Of a stretch of DNA of 64,000 nt, positions 29,538 to 39,676 are shown one piece after another. The notes below the pieces were generated by a model, which was given only the letters and a program-made list of their open reading frames with translations, ran no database searches and was not told the origin of the DNA. The stretch comes from Nitrosopumilus sp. (GTDB lineage: Archaea; Thermoproteota; Nitrososphaeria; Nitrososphaerales; Nitrosopumilaceae): NCBI GenBank assembly GCA_965249555.1, contig OZ252243.1, forward strand, positions 1,664,001 through 1,728,000, given 5' to 3'. How positions within the stretch are numbered: the first letter of the stretch is position 1; every line of letters begins with the position of its first letter. The translations under genes were made by a program, and so were the position numbers.

Positions 29538-30896
29538 TTAGATAGAATTCACCATAATGTTTTCAACCTTAATTGATGGTACAATGGATGGAAGTGATGC
29601 CCATTGAATTACATTTTTTTGATTGTTTCCAATTTCTGAAATATTTTTTATCATAGTTGGAAGATTATGAATTATTCTTACTGATCTTCCAGATCCCTTT
29701 ATTTTACCATTTTCAATAATTCTTATACCACTTCTTGCTGTACATGAAAAATCACCTTTAATTGGATTTACTGCATATGTATACCATAATCTTCCAACTA
29801 ACAATCCATGTTTTGTATTTTTGATCATATCTTCTTGAGAAATATTTCCTGGATTTATTTTGAGATTATGTGGTGCTGAAATTGGTATTGGTTCAGAACT
29901 TCTTCCCATAGGCGAACCTGCTCTTGACGCATTACCTGAAGATAGTTTTCCTTCTTTGTAACTATCAAATAGATTTGAAAAAGTATTCTTGAAAATTCCT
30001 CTCTCTATTAAACTTCTTTTTTGAGTTTTTACTCCTTCGTCATCTATAGATTTTGTTCCAATTCCTTCTGGCATGTGTGGATCATCAATCAAACTCAATT
30101 GTTCAGTTGCTATTTTTTCTTCAAAATTATTTGAAAAACAACTTTTCTTTTCTGAAAATGTTTTAAAGTTAAAATTTGCTGCAACAACAAATGCCAATAG
30201 TTCTCCTACTGAATATGGTTCAAAAATTATAGAATATTTGTCTGAATCAATTTTTTGTGGGTTTATTGATTCAATACACATAACTTTTGCGTCATTTCCA
30301 ACTTGTTCTGCGGAAAAATTTGTTAATGTTCTGCAACTTGCGTGTCCTATTCCTGATACTGGTATGACTCCAGATTCTGATTCTGCATTAATAATTCCTG
30401 AAATGTATGTTGCCTTATCATTTAGATACAATTCATTGGAATTTGCCAACTCAAAGTTCTCTGAAACTATGTTTAGTGATCCTGTAATCGTATTTACTGT
30501 ATCATTATTTGCTGAATTTATCATATTTTGTGCGATATCCATTACATCTGTGCCGGAAATCTTCTCTATTTTTTCATCAAATGTTCCCTCTAGTTGTTTG
30601 TATGTTGTATCTGGTGCTAGTCCATTCCAAAAATCTCTTGATTTAAGCTTCCTTGATGTCTCAAATGCACTATCAATTACCTTTTCTATCTCTTCTTGGT
30701 TTGTTGTTTGAATTGATACGATTTTTTTGTCATGAATTAATCTTATACCATAATTTTCATCAAAGTTTTGCTTAATTTCTGCAATTTCTGAATCAGTGAT
30801 TCTTACTGTGATAATCTTTTTTTTTACAACAACTATCTCGCATTCATTAATTCCAATGTTCTTTGAATGATTCAATGCCTTATCTAAGGCAGACAA
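29538..30896 (-). CDS. TldD/PmbA family protein (TldE-like)
   Basis: DDEGV, LIERG, SSGNA, NPIKGDFS. Confidence 0.9.
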   Translation of the reverse strand: MSALDKALNHSKNIGINECEIVVVKKKIITVRITDSEIAEIKQNFDENYGIRLIHDKKIVSIQTTNQEEIEKVIDSAFETSRKLKSRDFWNGLAPDTTYKQLEGTFDEKIEKISGTDVMDIAQNMINSANNDTVNTITGSLNIVSENFELANSNELYLNDKATYISGIINAESESGVIPVSGIGHASCRTLTNFSAEQVGNDAKVMCIESINPQKIDSDKYSIIFEPYSVGELLAFVVAANFNFKTFSEKKSCFSNNFEEKIATEQLSLIDDPHMPEGIGTKSIDDEGVKTQKRSLIERGIFKNTFSNLFDSYKEGKLSSGNASRAGSPMGRSSEPIPISAPHNLKINPGNISQEDMIKNTKHGLLVGRLWYTYAVNPIKGDFSCTARSGIRIIENGKIKGSGRSVRIIHNLPTMIKNISEIGNNQKNVIQWASLPSIVPSIKVENIMVNSI

Positions 30897-32147
30897 TCAT
30901 TTTCTCCTTGGATTTTTATAATTAAATTTGTTGATTTTAATTAATTCTGCATATGATCCAAATTTAGAAATGTCTGTAATTTTGTCAAGCTTATCTTCAA
31001 CTTCATTTTCAAACTTTCTTAGAATATTGTAGGTGGTATCTCTTTCTGCTGGAATTCTTCCAATTTCTTTTACTAGTCTCCTTATTTCTTTAGGTCTTAA
31101 TAACTGACCATGTTCTGAACCTGCAGATGTTGATATGCTTTCATTGATCAGTGTACCGCCAAAATCATTTGCTCCCCACATAAGTAATAGTTGAGACATT
31201 TTTTGACCTTCTTTTACCCATGACATCTGAAGATTATTAATAGAATTGTTCAACATAATTCTTGCAATTGCGTGTGTGAGTAGAACATCATTTCCACCTG
31301 CACCATCCTTAATTCCATCATGTAATTGATGTTTGTACATTGGTGCTTCCTCTGGAATGAAATTTAATGGAACAAATTCTGTAAATCCTTTTGTCTCCTT
31401 TTGAATTTCTCTTAATTTTGCAATATGTTTTACCCTATCTTCAAGTGTCTCTAGATGTCCAAACATCATAGTTGATGTTGTGTTGATTCCCATTTTGTGA
31501 GCAGTCTTGATAACTTTCTCCCAATCTTTTACACTGATTCTACCTGGAGATATCTTATCTCTGAGATCTTGATCAAGAATTTCAGCAGATGTTCCTGGCA
31601 GTGTGTTTACTCCAGCTTCTTTCATCCTCTTTAGAAATTCTTCAATTGATATCTCTGATCTTGTTGCTCCGTATAGAATCTCTTCGGGAGAAAATCCATG
31701 AATGTGAATATCTGGTATTTCTTTTTTGATTTCTCTGCATATGTTTTCATACAAGTCCCCTTCCATATCTGGTGGTAATCCTGCTTGAATGCAAACTTCA
31801 GTTGCACCTAGATTATGTGCCTCTTTTGCCCTTCGTACAATCTCTTCAGTTGGTAGGAAATATCCTTCATCCTCTCGAAAATCTCTACTAAATGCACAAA
31901 AACCACATTTCTTGATACAGACGTTTGTAAAATTGATATTTCTATTAACTACATATGATACAACATCACCAACTCTTCTTCTTCTAATTTCATCTGCAAC
32001 AAGTCCCACTAGATGAAAGTCTATCCCAGTTGTTTTGTATAATATCAAAGCATCTTTTTCAGAAATTTCCTTATCTGATAATGCATCATTTAGAATTGTA
32101 GATACTAGCGGATCTGCATTTTTGAAAAGTGACTCTATGTTTGTCAT
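30897..32147 (-). CDS. cofH: FO synthase subunit CofH
   Basis: NRNINFTNVCIKKCGFCAF, PGTSAEIL, GANDFGGT; adjacent to cofG. Confidence 0.93.
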   Translation of the reverse strand: MTNIESLFKNADPLVSTILNDALSDKEISEKDALILYKTTGIDFHLVGLVADEIRRRRVGDVVSYVVNRNINFTNVCIKKCGFCAFSRDFREDEGYFLPTEEIVRRAKEAHNLGATEVCIQAGLPPDMEGDLYENICREIKKEIPDIHIHGFSPEEILYGATRSEISIEEFLKRMKEAGVNTLPGTSAEILDQDLRDKISPGRISVKDWEKVIKTAHKMGINTTSTMMFGHLETLEDRVKHIAKLREIQKETKGFTEFVPLNFIPEEAPMYKHQLHDGIKDGAGGNDVLLTHAIARIMLNNSINNLQMSWVKEGQKMSQLLLMWGANDFGGTLINESISTSAGSEHGQLLRPKEIRRLVKEIGRIPAERDTTYNILRKFENEVEDKLDKITDISKFGSYAELIKINKFNYKNPRRK

Positions 32148-33313
32148 CTCCAGTACTCCTCTTTTACCAATCCTTCCCCATTTTCAATAACTAACATCTT
32201 ATCTCTTAACTCTTTACTAACAAAAGAAAAGAATTCTGGATATATTGGAAATCTACACTCTAATTCAAATCCTGCATTCTTTGAATTCTCATCTACTTTG
32301 TCAATTTCTGGCCAAGAAAATTCTGGATTGACAAAATCTGGAGTCAATGGCGATATTCCTCCCCAGTCATTTATCCCAACTGATAAGAAACTTTGATATG
32401 ATTTTGGAGATAGATTTGGGGGAATCTGTATGTTCATCTCTGGCATGATAATTCTTGATAATGCAACAATTGTTTTGAAATAGTTTTCATCAGCTGATGG
32501 CACATTTTTCATCATTGTATCTGGTTTTGGTTGAAAATTTTGTAAAATCACTTCTTGAATGTTTCCATATTTTTGATGTAACTGTTTTATCGCTAAAATT
32601 GAATCAATAATCTCCTCTATGGTCTCTCCAATTCCTACTAGAAGCCCTGTTGTCATTGGAATTCCTAGTTTTCCAGAATTCTCTAAGATTTCTAATCTTG
32701 CTTTTGGTCTTTTGCTTGCAGCCAAATAATGTGGCATTCCTTTTTCTGTTAATCTTTCACTGATATTTTCAAGCATTATTCCCATTGACACATTTGTTTT
32801 CTTCAACTCTTTCATCTCCTCAAAATTTAGGTTACCTGCATTTGTATGTGGGAATAAACCTAATTCTAATGCTAGTTCTGATGAATGAATGAGATATTCA
32901 GCAGTTGATTTGAATCCATTTTCCCTAAGCCATTCTCGTGCTTCTTCATATTTTTGTTCTGGTCTCTCACCTGTAACAAAAAGCGCTTCAACACATCCGT
33001 ATTTTTTTGCAAGTTGTAATAATTCTAATATTTGCTGTTTTGACATCAAAGATAATTTTTCTTCTCCTGGCTCGGCTTTGTATGTGCAATAAGAACAAGT
33101 ATCTTTGCAGAGATTAACTATGTTGAAAAATGCTTTTTTTGAAAATGTAACTGAATCTTTTTTGAATTTTTTTCTTAAATTTTGTGCAGTTGAATAAAGT
33201 TCACTGGGATCTTTTACTGCGTTTTGGTAAATCTCGATAACATTTTGGCGCGAAATTACTTTGTTCTCTAAAACATTGTTTAAGCTCTCAGAGTTTAACA
33301 CAAGCTTGTTCAA
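32144..33313 (-). CDS. cofG: FO synthase subunit CofG
   Basis: CKDTCSYC, PHTNAG, QIPPNL, DWGGISP. Confidence 0.93.
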   Translation of the reverse strand: MNKLVLNSESLNNVLENKVISRQNVIEIYQNAVKDPSELYSTAQNLRKKFKKDSVTFSKKAFFNIVNLCKDTCSYCTYKAEPGEEKLSLMSKQQILELLQLAKKYGCVEALFVTGERPEQKYEEAREWLRENGFKSTAEYLIHSSELALELGLFPHTNAGNLNFEEMKELKKTNVSMGIMLENISERLTEKGMPHYLAASKRPKARLEILENSGKLGIPMTTGLLVGIGETIEEIIDSILAIKQLHQKYGNIQEVILQNFQPKPDTMMKNVPSADENYFKTIVALSRIIMPEMNIQIPPNLSPKSYQSFLSVGINDWGGISPLTPDFVNPEFSWPEIDKVDENSKNAGFELECRFPIYPEFFSFVSKELRDKMLVIENGEGLVKEEYWR

Positions 33314-33355
33314 TAGAAAGAATTCTTGACTTGAAGTATTTATGCTTGTATTGTA

Positions 33356-34498
33356 CTAATTTCCATTTGGTCTCTCTTGTAGAACAATTGTTACATTTGT
33401 TGTTCTATTATCTCTTAGAATCTCTAAAACCATTTCATCTCCAACAGTTTTTGCCCTTTGAAGATATATCAAAATATCATCAATCTTTCTAACTTCAACT
33501 CCATCTACTGATAAAATAATATCTCCTCCAATTGGATAATTGACTCCTTGAACTTCAATGATTTCTTCCGATCCAATTAATCCTGCTTTAGAAGCTGGGC
33601 TATTTTCTACAACTGTTACTACCAAAAATCCTACTGCATCCTTTAGGTCCAAAACTTTTGCCAGATCAGGATCAATGTCACGTCCTGAAATTCCAATCCA
33701 TGGATGTTTGTATTCTCCTGTCTCAGTAAGAGTTGGTACAATTTTGGCTATAGTTTGTGATGGTATTGCAAATCCAACTCCTGTAAATTCACCTGTTGTT
33801 GATTGAATTGCAGTATTTATGCCAACTATCTCTCCTCTCATGTTAAGTAGTGGCCCCCCTGAATTCCCAGGATTGATGGCAGCATCCGTTTGAATTACAT
33901 CTGGAATAGAATATCCAGAACCTGATGGAAGTAATCTTCCTAATTGACTTACTATCCCTGAAGTCATAGAACCTGATAATCCAAATGGATTTCCTATTGC
34001 AGCTATTGGTTCTCCTACTTTTAGATTTGATGAATCACCAAGTGCTAACGGATGCAAAAGTGTCAAGTCTACATTGACTTTGATTACCGCAAGATCCGTA
34101 AACTCATCGACTCCAATAATTTCTGCATTGTATGATCTACCATCAAGAAATGTAACTACAACCTTTTTTGCATCAGCAACAACATGTGCATTTGTAATTA
34201 CATGTCCTTTTTTATCGAAAACAAAACCTGAACCTAATCCCCCTTCGCCATCATCTACTTCGCCTCTTTGCACATTAACTCTCACTACTCCTGATTCTGA
34301 TTTTTCAAAAATTTCAATTAATGATAAACTCTCTGAATAAATTGAGATTGTTTCTCCTACTGTACTTGGAGCATGGCCGTTACTTACTACAATCTCTGAT
34401 TTTATTGATTCTGGTGGTGAAACAAATAGTACCGCAAATGCAACAATGACAATTAATGCTCCTATAGTCCCACCTACAAACACACTTGATTTGTCCAT
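33356..34498 (-). CDS. HtrA/DegP-like serine protease with PDZ domain
   Basis: TNAHV, DLAV, QTDAAINPGNSGGPL. Confidence 0.95.
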   Translation of the reverse strand: MDKSSVFVGGTIGALIVIVAFAVLFVSPPESIKSEIVVSNGHAPSTVGETISIYSESLSLIEIFEKSESGVVRVNVQRGEVDDGEGGLGSGFVFDKKGHVITNAHVVADAKKVVVTFLDGRSYNAEIIGVDEFTDLAVIKVNVDLTLLHPLALGDSSNLKVGEPIAAIGNPFGLSGSMTSGIVSQLGRLLPSGSGYSIPDVIQTDAAINPGNSGGPLLNMRGEIVGINTAIQSTTGEFTGVGFAIPSQTIAKIVPTLTETGEYKHPWIGISGRDIDPDLAKVLDLKDAVGFLVVTVVENSPASKAGLIGSEEIIEVQGVNYPIGGDIILSVDGVEVRKIDDILIYLQRAKTVGDEMVLEILRDNRTTNVTIVLQERPNGN

Positions 34499-34536
34499 GA
34501 GATTTTTTATTATCTATTTTCTATCTAAAAGGCTTG

Positions 34537-35745
34537 CTATACGCTGATTGAACTTTGAGTATGATCTTTCATCGAGTAGATTCTTTCTTTCCATGTAACT
34601 GATGAGGCACTCTTTGCCTGAATTAATCCACTTAAAAATCCCAAAACTACTACTAAACCTCCAAGTGGTGCAAAAAATGCATGAATCCATCTTAACTTTA
34701 GTCCAACTTTTGTCTCAATTATTGCACCTATGTAGATTAGAGTTGAAGCAATTGCTGCAGAAATACAAAGTATTTTTGCAGATATGGTCTCTATTGATAA
34801 TACCGCAGATGTGGCAAATACTGGAAATGGAATAAACAACAAAAATAATACTGCAAAGAAAATACCGATTGCAATTTTTCCACTTTGTAGGTATAATGGA
34901 ACCATTAATCTTTTCAATGCATTCCACAAAGTAATTCTGTCTCTAGCCCAAACAGCATCAATTAGATGCTCTCCTCGCACCATCTTCATTTTATATCCTA
35001 ATTCTTTTACTTTTTTTCCTAGTGCACCATCTTCAATAATTTCTTGTTTTACTCCTTCATGCATACCAACTTCTTCGTAAGTCTTTTTTTTCAAGATGAA
35101 AAAACTTCCAAAGAAGTAACCTGTTTTTTTTGCAGGGTTGTTTACATTTAATGCTGAAAATCTAGTATGCAAAAATGTAGAAATCATTGGAAGTGTAATC
35201 TTTGTCCAAAAATCAAATGTTATCATTTTCGGAATTGCAGATAATGCATCTAAATCAAACGAAATTAAATGAGCCACTGCAAGTGATAGTACATTTTTAG
35301 AATGACTTGTATCTGCATCAGTAAATAACAAAAGTTCTCCTGTGGCTTTTCTATATCCTTCCATACATGCCCAGTTTTTACCCATCCATCCTTCTGGTTT
35401 AGGTCTTGCAGACACTGAAATTATTTTAGTATGTTTTTCTGCATACTCTGAAATTATTTTACCTGTAGCATCATTTGATGAATCATCAATAACTATGATT
35501 TCATAATTTTTGTAATCTTGTTTAATTAACGAGTCTAAACATTCACCAATAAATTTTTCTTCATTTCTTGCTGGAAGAATTATTGAAACCATGGGTGATA
35601 CTTTGCATGTATTTTCAAATTTGTCAAGATATGGTGTAAATCTAAATGAATCTGTCATTGACTTGATAAGAAATATCCAAGCTCCGCAAACTCCTATTAG
35701 AATTGCAGTTAGTGAATAGTTGAAAACATCTATAATTAATTCCAT
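34537..35745 (-). CDS. Membrane glycosyltransferase family 2
   Basis: PARNEE, DDSSND, GWMGK, FTDAD, ED motifs. Confidence 0.92.
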   Translation of the reverse strand: MELIIDVFNYSLTAILIGVCGAWIFLIKSMTDSFRFTPYLDKFENTCKVSPMVSIILPARNEEKFIGECLDSLIKQDYKNYEIIVIDDSSNDATGKIISEYAEKHTKIISVSARPKPEGWMGKNWACMEGYRKATGELLLFTDADTSHSKNVLSLAVAHLISFDLDALSAIPKMITFDFWTKITLPMISTFLHTRFSALNVNNPAKKTGYFFGSFFILKKKTYEEVGMHEGVKQEIIEDGALGKKVKELGYKMKMVRGEHLIDAVWARDRITLWNALKRLMVPLYLQSGKIAIGIFFAVLFLLFIPFPVFATSAVLSIETISAKILCISAAIASTLIYIGAIIETKVGLKLRWIHAFFAPLGGLVVVLGFLSGLIQAKSASSVTWKERIYSMKDHTQSSISV

Positions 35746-35749
35746 AAAT

Positions 35750-36166
35750 CTATCGCTCGACTTCTTCTTTGATGCTTTGCATTGCTTGCTCAGTGCCGCT
35801 TTTGATGTGTTTTTTAATCATGCCTGTAAACATCCCCATCATCCCAGTTAGCTTTATGTCCCAAACTGTGTTTAGTATGGTCTTTTCATCTTTTGGAATA
35901 AGAGATATGATCTTCTCCCCCTTTAGGATGCCTTTTGTGAATTTTGCCTCTATCTTCTCTTTAGGTTGAAGCTTTACTTCTTGTAGGCATTTTTGATCTC
36001 TGAATGCTATTGTGATTTCTCTATTCACTACGTTTCCATCTTTAGACAAGTTTTTGATTTCTTTTGTCCCCTTCCAAAATTTTGGTTCATTATCAATGTC
36101 TGAGACGACATTCCAAACTTTGTCAACTGTGGCATTGATTTCTATCTCAACCTCAATTGTTGCCAT
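35750..36166 (-). CDS. SRPBCC/START-domain (polyketide cyclase-like) protein
   Basis: MATIEVEIEINA.VDKVW.VVSD..NEPKFW. Confidence 0.88.
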   Translation of the reverse strand: MATIEVEIEINATVDKVWNVVSDIDNEPKFWKGTKEIKNLSKDGNVVNREITIAFRDQKCLQEVKLQPKEKIEAKFTKGILKGEKIISLIPKDEKTILNTVWDIKLTGMMGMFTGMIKKHIKSGTEQAMQSIKEEVER

Positions 36167-36288
36167 ATTCACCACACATTCGTTCCACATTAAATATATT
36201 ATTTAGAACATAACGGTAACCTAAATGCCTGGAGTGGAAATGATCTTAATGAATAATCTAAATTAATGTACATTATTCCTCATATTGT

Positions 36289-36834
36289 ATGAGTGAACAA
36301 ACTGAAATTGAACAAGCATTAGAAATTGCCAGAAAAACACGAAATGAAATTCTTTTTGGAAAAAATACTCTAGAAAAGAATTTTCATGGATTTTATACTG
36401 TTGCACAAATTTTAGGTCGAATTGATGATATGAATTGGGCAAAATCTGAGCTTGAAGGTTATTTACACAGTCATCCTGAATATCAAACTAGAATACAACG
36501 TTTCTTTTGGTATCAAAATGTTCAAATTCTTGATGTATCTGATGAAAGACTTGCTTTTGCAACATGTGGATTAAGTATTGCAGAGTTCGAGCAAATATTA
36601 GATCAAAAACAGAAATTTGGTAATAATTATTCTGTTACAAAAATTGAATTTGAATCTCTCAAAAAATACTCAAAGAAATATCCTTTCGCATTACAAAAAT
36701 ATTTTTTAGATCCAAATGCTTTTTTTGCTATTGGAACAAATTGGATACCAGTGATAATGTTCTTGAACATATTTCCAGTAGCATTTGTGACGATATTTAA
36801 TGATAAAATGATTGAGAAATTAATTAAGAAATGA
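36289..36834 (+). CDS. AbiTii-like domain protein, probably truncated
   Basis: N-terminal VAQILG...WAKSELEGY pattern; ORF ends exactly at the internal inverted repeat. Confidence 0.55.
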   Translation: MSEQTEIEQALEIARKTRNEILFGKNTLEKNFHGFYTVAQILGRIDDMNWAKSELEGYLHSHPEYQTRIQRFFWYQNVQILDVSDERLAFATCGLSIAEFEQILDQKQKFGNNYSVTKIEFESLKKYSKKYPFALQKYFLDPNAFFAIGTNWIPVIMFLNIFPVAFVTIFNDKMIEKLIKK

Positions 36835-36996
36835 TTCCCACTCCACGCATTTAGGTTCTTCAAAACAGATTCAAATCATAACTTTAGTTATATCGCGTTT
36901 TTCTCTCGTAAGAAGAGACTTTAATATATAAAAAATAGATTTTTCATAATTATTTTCAAATATCCATATGTTCATGAATTATTCAGTTAATGCAAT

Positions 36997-37326
36997 ATGA
37001 AAAAGAAAAAAGTAATTGATGTAACGGGTTCTGATGACTTTAACCCATTATTCGAATCATTACTTGAAGAACATCATTTCAAGATAGAACTGGGGACGGC
37101 AATTAAGATATTATTTGAGGATCGTGGAAGAGGAGAGAAAATAGAACACGATAAATGGCCAAAGTATTATGTTGATACATACAAAATCAAGAATTTGTGG
37201 AGATATGAGTTGTTGGATGGAAAAAGATTGGTGTATACTATTTTAGGTTCAAATGATGGGTTCATCATCTCAATAATAGAAGCATTCTGGAATCATGATG
37301 AATATGATAAAAGATTTGGTTACTGA
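36997..37326 (+). CDS. RelE/ParE-superfamily toxin-like protein
   Basis: NLWRYEL.DG.RLVYTI...HDEYDKRFGY. Confidence 0.7.
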   Translation: MKKKKVIDVTGSDDFNPLFESLLEEHHFKIELGTAIKILFEDRGRGEKIEHDKWPKYYVDTYKIKNLWRYELLDGKRLVYTILGSNDGFIISIIEAFWNHDEYDKRFGY

Positions 37327-37646
37327 ATAAGGGATTTGCCTTGTTTTAGTTTGTCATGTTTTGGATCATCAGAGAACGTCCAAACAATTGTTCCGTCATC
37401 ATCAAACATGATCTTGTTCGAGTCTTCTAAATACTCTAAAATCACTTTGAATGAAGGATATTGAATTTGTCTTGGAAGTTTTCTCCATAATTTGTTTTTA
37501 GTAGGATATTCTTTCATTTCTGAAAGAGTTTGTTCTACCATTTGTATAGTTCCAAGAGTTGGATTTGCTTTCTTTGAGTTTTTAGAAACATCAGAAATAT
37601 GCTTTTTTGTTTCTACACTGTTTCGTAGCATGAGTGTGTCTTTCAT
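37320..37646 (-). CDS. Winged-helix protein (possible antitoxin/regulator)
   Basis: PTLGTIQMVE...LWRKLPRQIQY...ILEYLEDSNKI...GTIVW. Confidence 0.65.
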   Translation of the reverse strand: MKDTLMLRNSVETKKHISDVSKNSKKANPTLGTIQMVEQTLSEMKEYPTKNKLWRKLPRQIQYPSFKVILEYLEDSNKIMFDDDGTIVWTFSDDPKHDKLKQGKSLIQ

Positions 37647-37682
37647 ACTTTATTATATGTGCATGCTGATATATATACATAT

Positions 37683-37710
37683 ATGTATCATACATATATG
37701 TATCATACAC
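37683..37710. promoter_or_regulatory. Tandem palindromic operator ATGTAT-C-ATACAT x2
   Basis: Copies at 37683 and 37698 between divergent genes. Confidence 0.6.
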
Positions 37711-37721
37711 AAATGAACTAT

Positions 37722-38159
37722 ATGGTTGAAATCAAATATTCACCAATAAAGAAAATAGTGATACATGAGGCAATCAAATATGAACTCCGAGAGTTCATAA
37801 ACTTCAAGGTTTAGCCAAGAGGCTCGAATCAATCTGTAATCCCGTTTAGATGGGATGATGGAATTGTGTTTTCATTTTCTTCTGTAATGCCGACAGAGCA
37901 ACTAGTCAATGAGCGTGTTCAGGATGGTGTGGTTCATTGGAATATTATCGAGTTTGCTGAAATGCCAAAATTTCAAAGCAATTTGATGAATCAAGACAAT
38001 GGCGCAGCATGGCCCATAATGGATGGTGCAACAAATACAGCAGTTTTAGATGCCATAAGATGGTTAAAAAATCAACCACAGTGGTTCCAAAATCAAGTAT
38101 TGCTCAAGCCTAATAGGGTTTCACCTATTTCTTTTAAAATATTGTCTAAGTTATTATAG
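37722..38159 (+). pseudogene. Archaeal hypothetical protein with one in-frame TAG
   Basis: MVEIKYSPIKKIVIHE...KV*(37812-37814)PRGS...FRWDDGIVF continues in frame with ORF 37866-38159. Confidence 0.7.
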
Positions 38160-38249
38160 ATTTTATTTTAGTTTTATTTCCACTCCAGGCATTAAGGTAT
38201 CCTTTATGTTTCGCCTCAAATATATTAGATCACTGTTTGGTTTCAAATA

Positions 38250-38328
38250 GACTGTGGTGGGCAACATGCCTAAAATCCGGAACAGTAACTCCAGTTCCAA
38301 TGGCTTTTGCCACTCTTCCATCACAGTC
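38250..38328. ncRNA. Candidate structured RNA (four-way junction)
   Basis: Closing stem GACTGTGGTGGG/TCCATCACAGTC encloses hairpins GGCA/TGCC, GGAAC/GTTCC and TGGC/GCCA; GC-richer than flanks. Confidence 0.45.
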
Positions 38329-38347
38329 ATTTAAAATTTGAAAGAAA

Positions 38348-38563
38348 ATGAAACCCTCAAAATATATGCCAAAAATTGGAACATTTGATGGTGCTGGATT
38401 TTGGAAAAATGCATATGCCCATCAACGAGGAAAATTACTAAAAAAAGTCAATGTTCCAGATGACCAAATTGTTGTACTAGTTAACAAAAAGTACATGGAG
38501 CTTCCAGCTGCCCTAAGATATGAAATTGAAACTAGTGGACTAGATAAAAATGAATTACAATAA
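38348..38563 (+). CDS. Hypothetical protein
   Basis: 71-aa ORF, coding-like composition. Confidence 0.75.
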   Translation: MKPSKYMPKIGTFDGAGFWKNAYAHQRGKLLKKVNVPDDQIVVLVNKKYMELPAALRYEIETSGLDKNELQ

Positions 38564-38591
38564 TCGAAATTCATTTTAACAGGGCAAATTA

Positions 38592-38930
38592 GTGACTGTT
38601 ATGGCAACTATATCGTATGATGATTTTACAAAATTAGATATTCGAGTTGCAAAAATTATTGAAGCTGAACCCATCGAAGGAAAATCTAGAATCATCAAAG
38701 GAAGGATTGATTTGGGAAATGATGATCAACGAGATGTGATTATTGGTGGTGCACAATACTATCAACCTGAAGATCTTATGGGAAAAACTGTCATTGTAAT
38801 TGCAAATCTGGAACCAAAAAAGATGGCTGGAGTTGAATCAAATGCAATGTTGTTAGCAGCTGACGTTGATGATAAACCATTTTGGTTAACAGTAAATGAA
38901 GATGTCCCTTTAGGAAGTCCTATTAAATAA
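38592..38930 (+). CDS. tRNA-binding OB-fold protein (Trbp111/CsaA-like)
   Basis: DFTKLDIRVAKI, NLEPKKMAGVESNAMLL. Confidence 0.92.
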   Translation: MTVMATISYDDFTKLDIRVAKIIEAEPIEGKSRIIKGRIDLGNDDQRDVIIGGAQYYQPEDLMGKTVIVIANLEPKKMAGVESNAMLLAADVDDKPFWLTVNEDVPLGSPIK

Positions 38931-38970
38931 TTTGATTAATTTAAGTTTGAATTATATTTTTCTGATATGA

Positions 38971-39540
38971 TTATTCGTAAATCATTAATTCTTTTTCTTC
39001 TAATAATGCGTGCAAATTGTTTACGGATCTATACACATCTTCCTCTTTTTTAGCTCCTGTACAGACAAGTTTTCCTGATGAAAATAACAAAATGACTGTC
39101 TTTGGGTCTAACATTCTATGAATAAGTCCTGGAAACTGTTCTGGCTCATACATACTTCGTGGTAATGTCCTTGCTGCTTGCTCCAAATGAATTCTTCCCC
39201 CTAGATTAATTGATGCTACCATATTTTGAATTGTTACTGTGGCATCTTTTTTTACTTTAATTCCACCTTTCCGAAGTTTTTGCACCACTGTCTTTACTGC
39301 CTTTCTTGCCATATCTTCAGATTTTGAACCAGTACATACCATTTTACCTGAAGTAAAAATCAATGTTGCAGTTTTTGGGGTTTTTAATCTAAAAACTAGA
39401 CCTGGAAATTGATCAGGGTGATATTCTACATCTGGAAATGTTCTAGTAATTTCATTCAAATCCATCTTTTGGCTAACATCTGCTGAAGCAACAACGTTTT
39501 CCACGCTTACAATGGGTTTTGTTTGAGGCATATTCAGCAT
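38971..39540 (-). CDS. tbp: TATA-box-binding protein
   Basis: Two repeats: NVVAS...YHPDQFPGL...IFTSGKMVCTG and YEPEQFPGL...FSSGKLVCTG. Confidence 0.97.
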   Translation of the reverse strand: MLNMPQTKPIVSVENVVASADVSQKMDLNEITRTFPDVEYHPDQFPGLVFRLKTPKTATLIFTSGKMVCTGSKSEDMARKAVKTVVQKLRKGGIKVKKDATVTIQNMVASINLGGRIHLEQAARTLPRSMYEPEQFPGLIHRMLDPKTVILLFSSGKLVCTGAKKEEDVYRSVNNLHALLEEKELMIYE

Positions 39541-39676
39541 TTTGTATTTGAACTATAATAAAAGCACTCGCCATTCTTTCTATTCTTGTGGTGTTTTTTG
39601 GAATTTTTGGTATACTTTTTGGTTTTTAAAGACTAGGACGAATGCTTTAATTTAGATCTGATAAACGCAATGTCTA

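Larger units (their letters stand above)
36207..38210. mobile_element. Non-autonomous cassette bounded by 35-bp inverted repeats
   Basis: 36207-36241 versus reverse complement of 38176-38210 is 31/35 identical; third copy (22/24) at 36834-36857; interrupts housekeeping genes; no recombinase inside. Confidence 0.7.
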
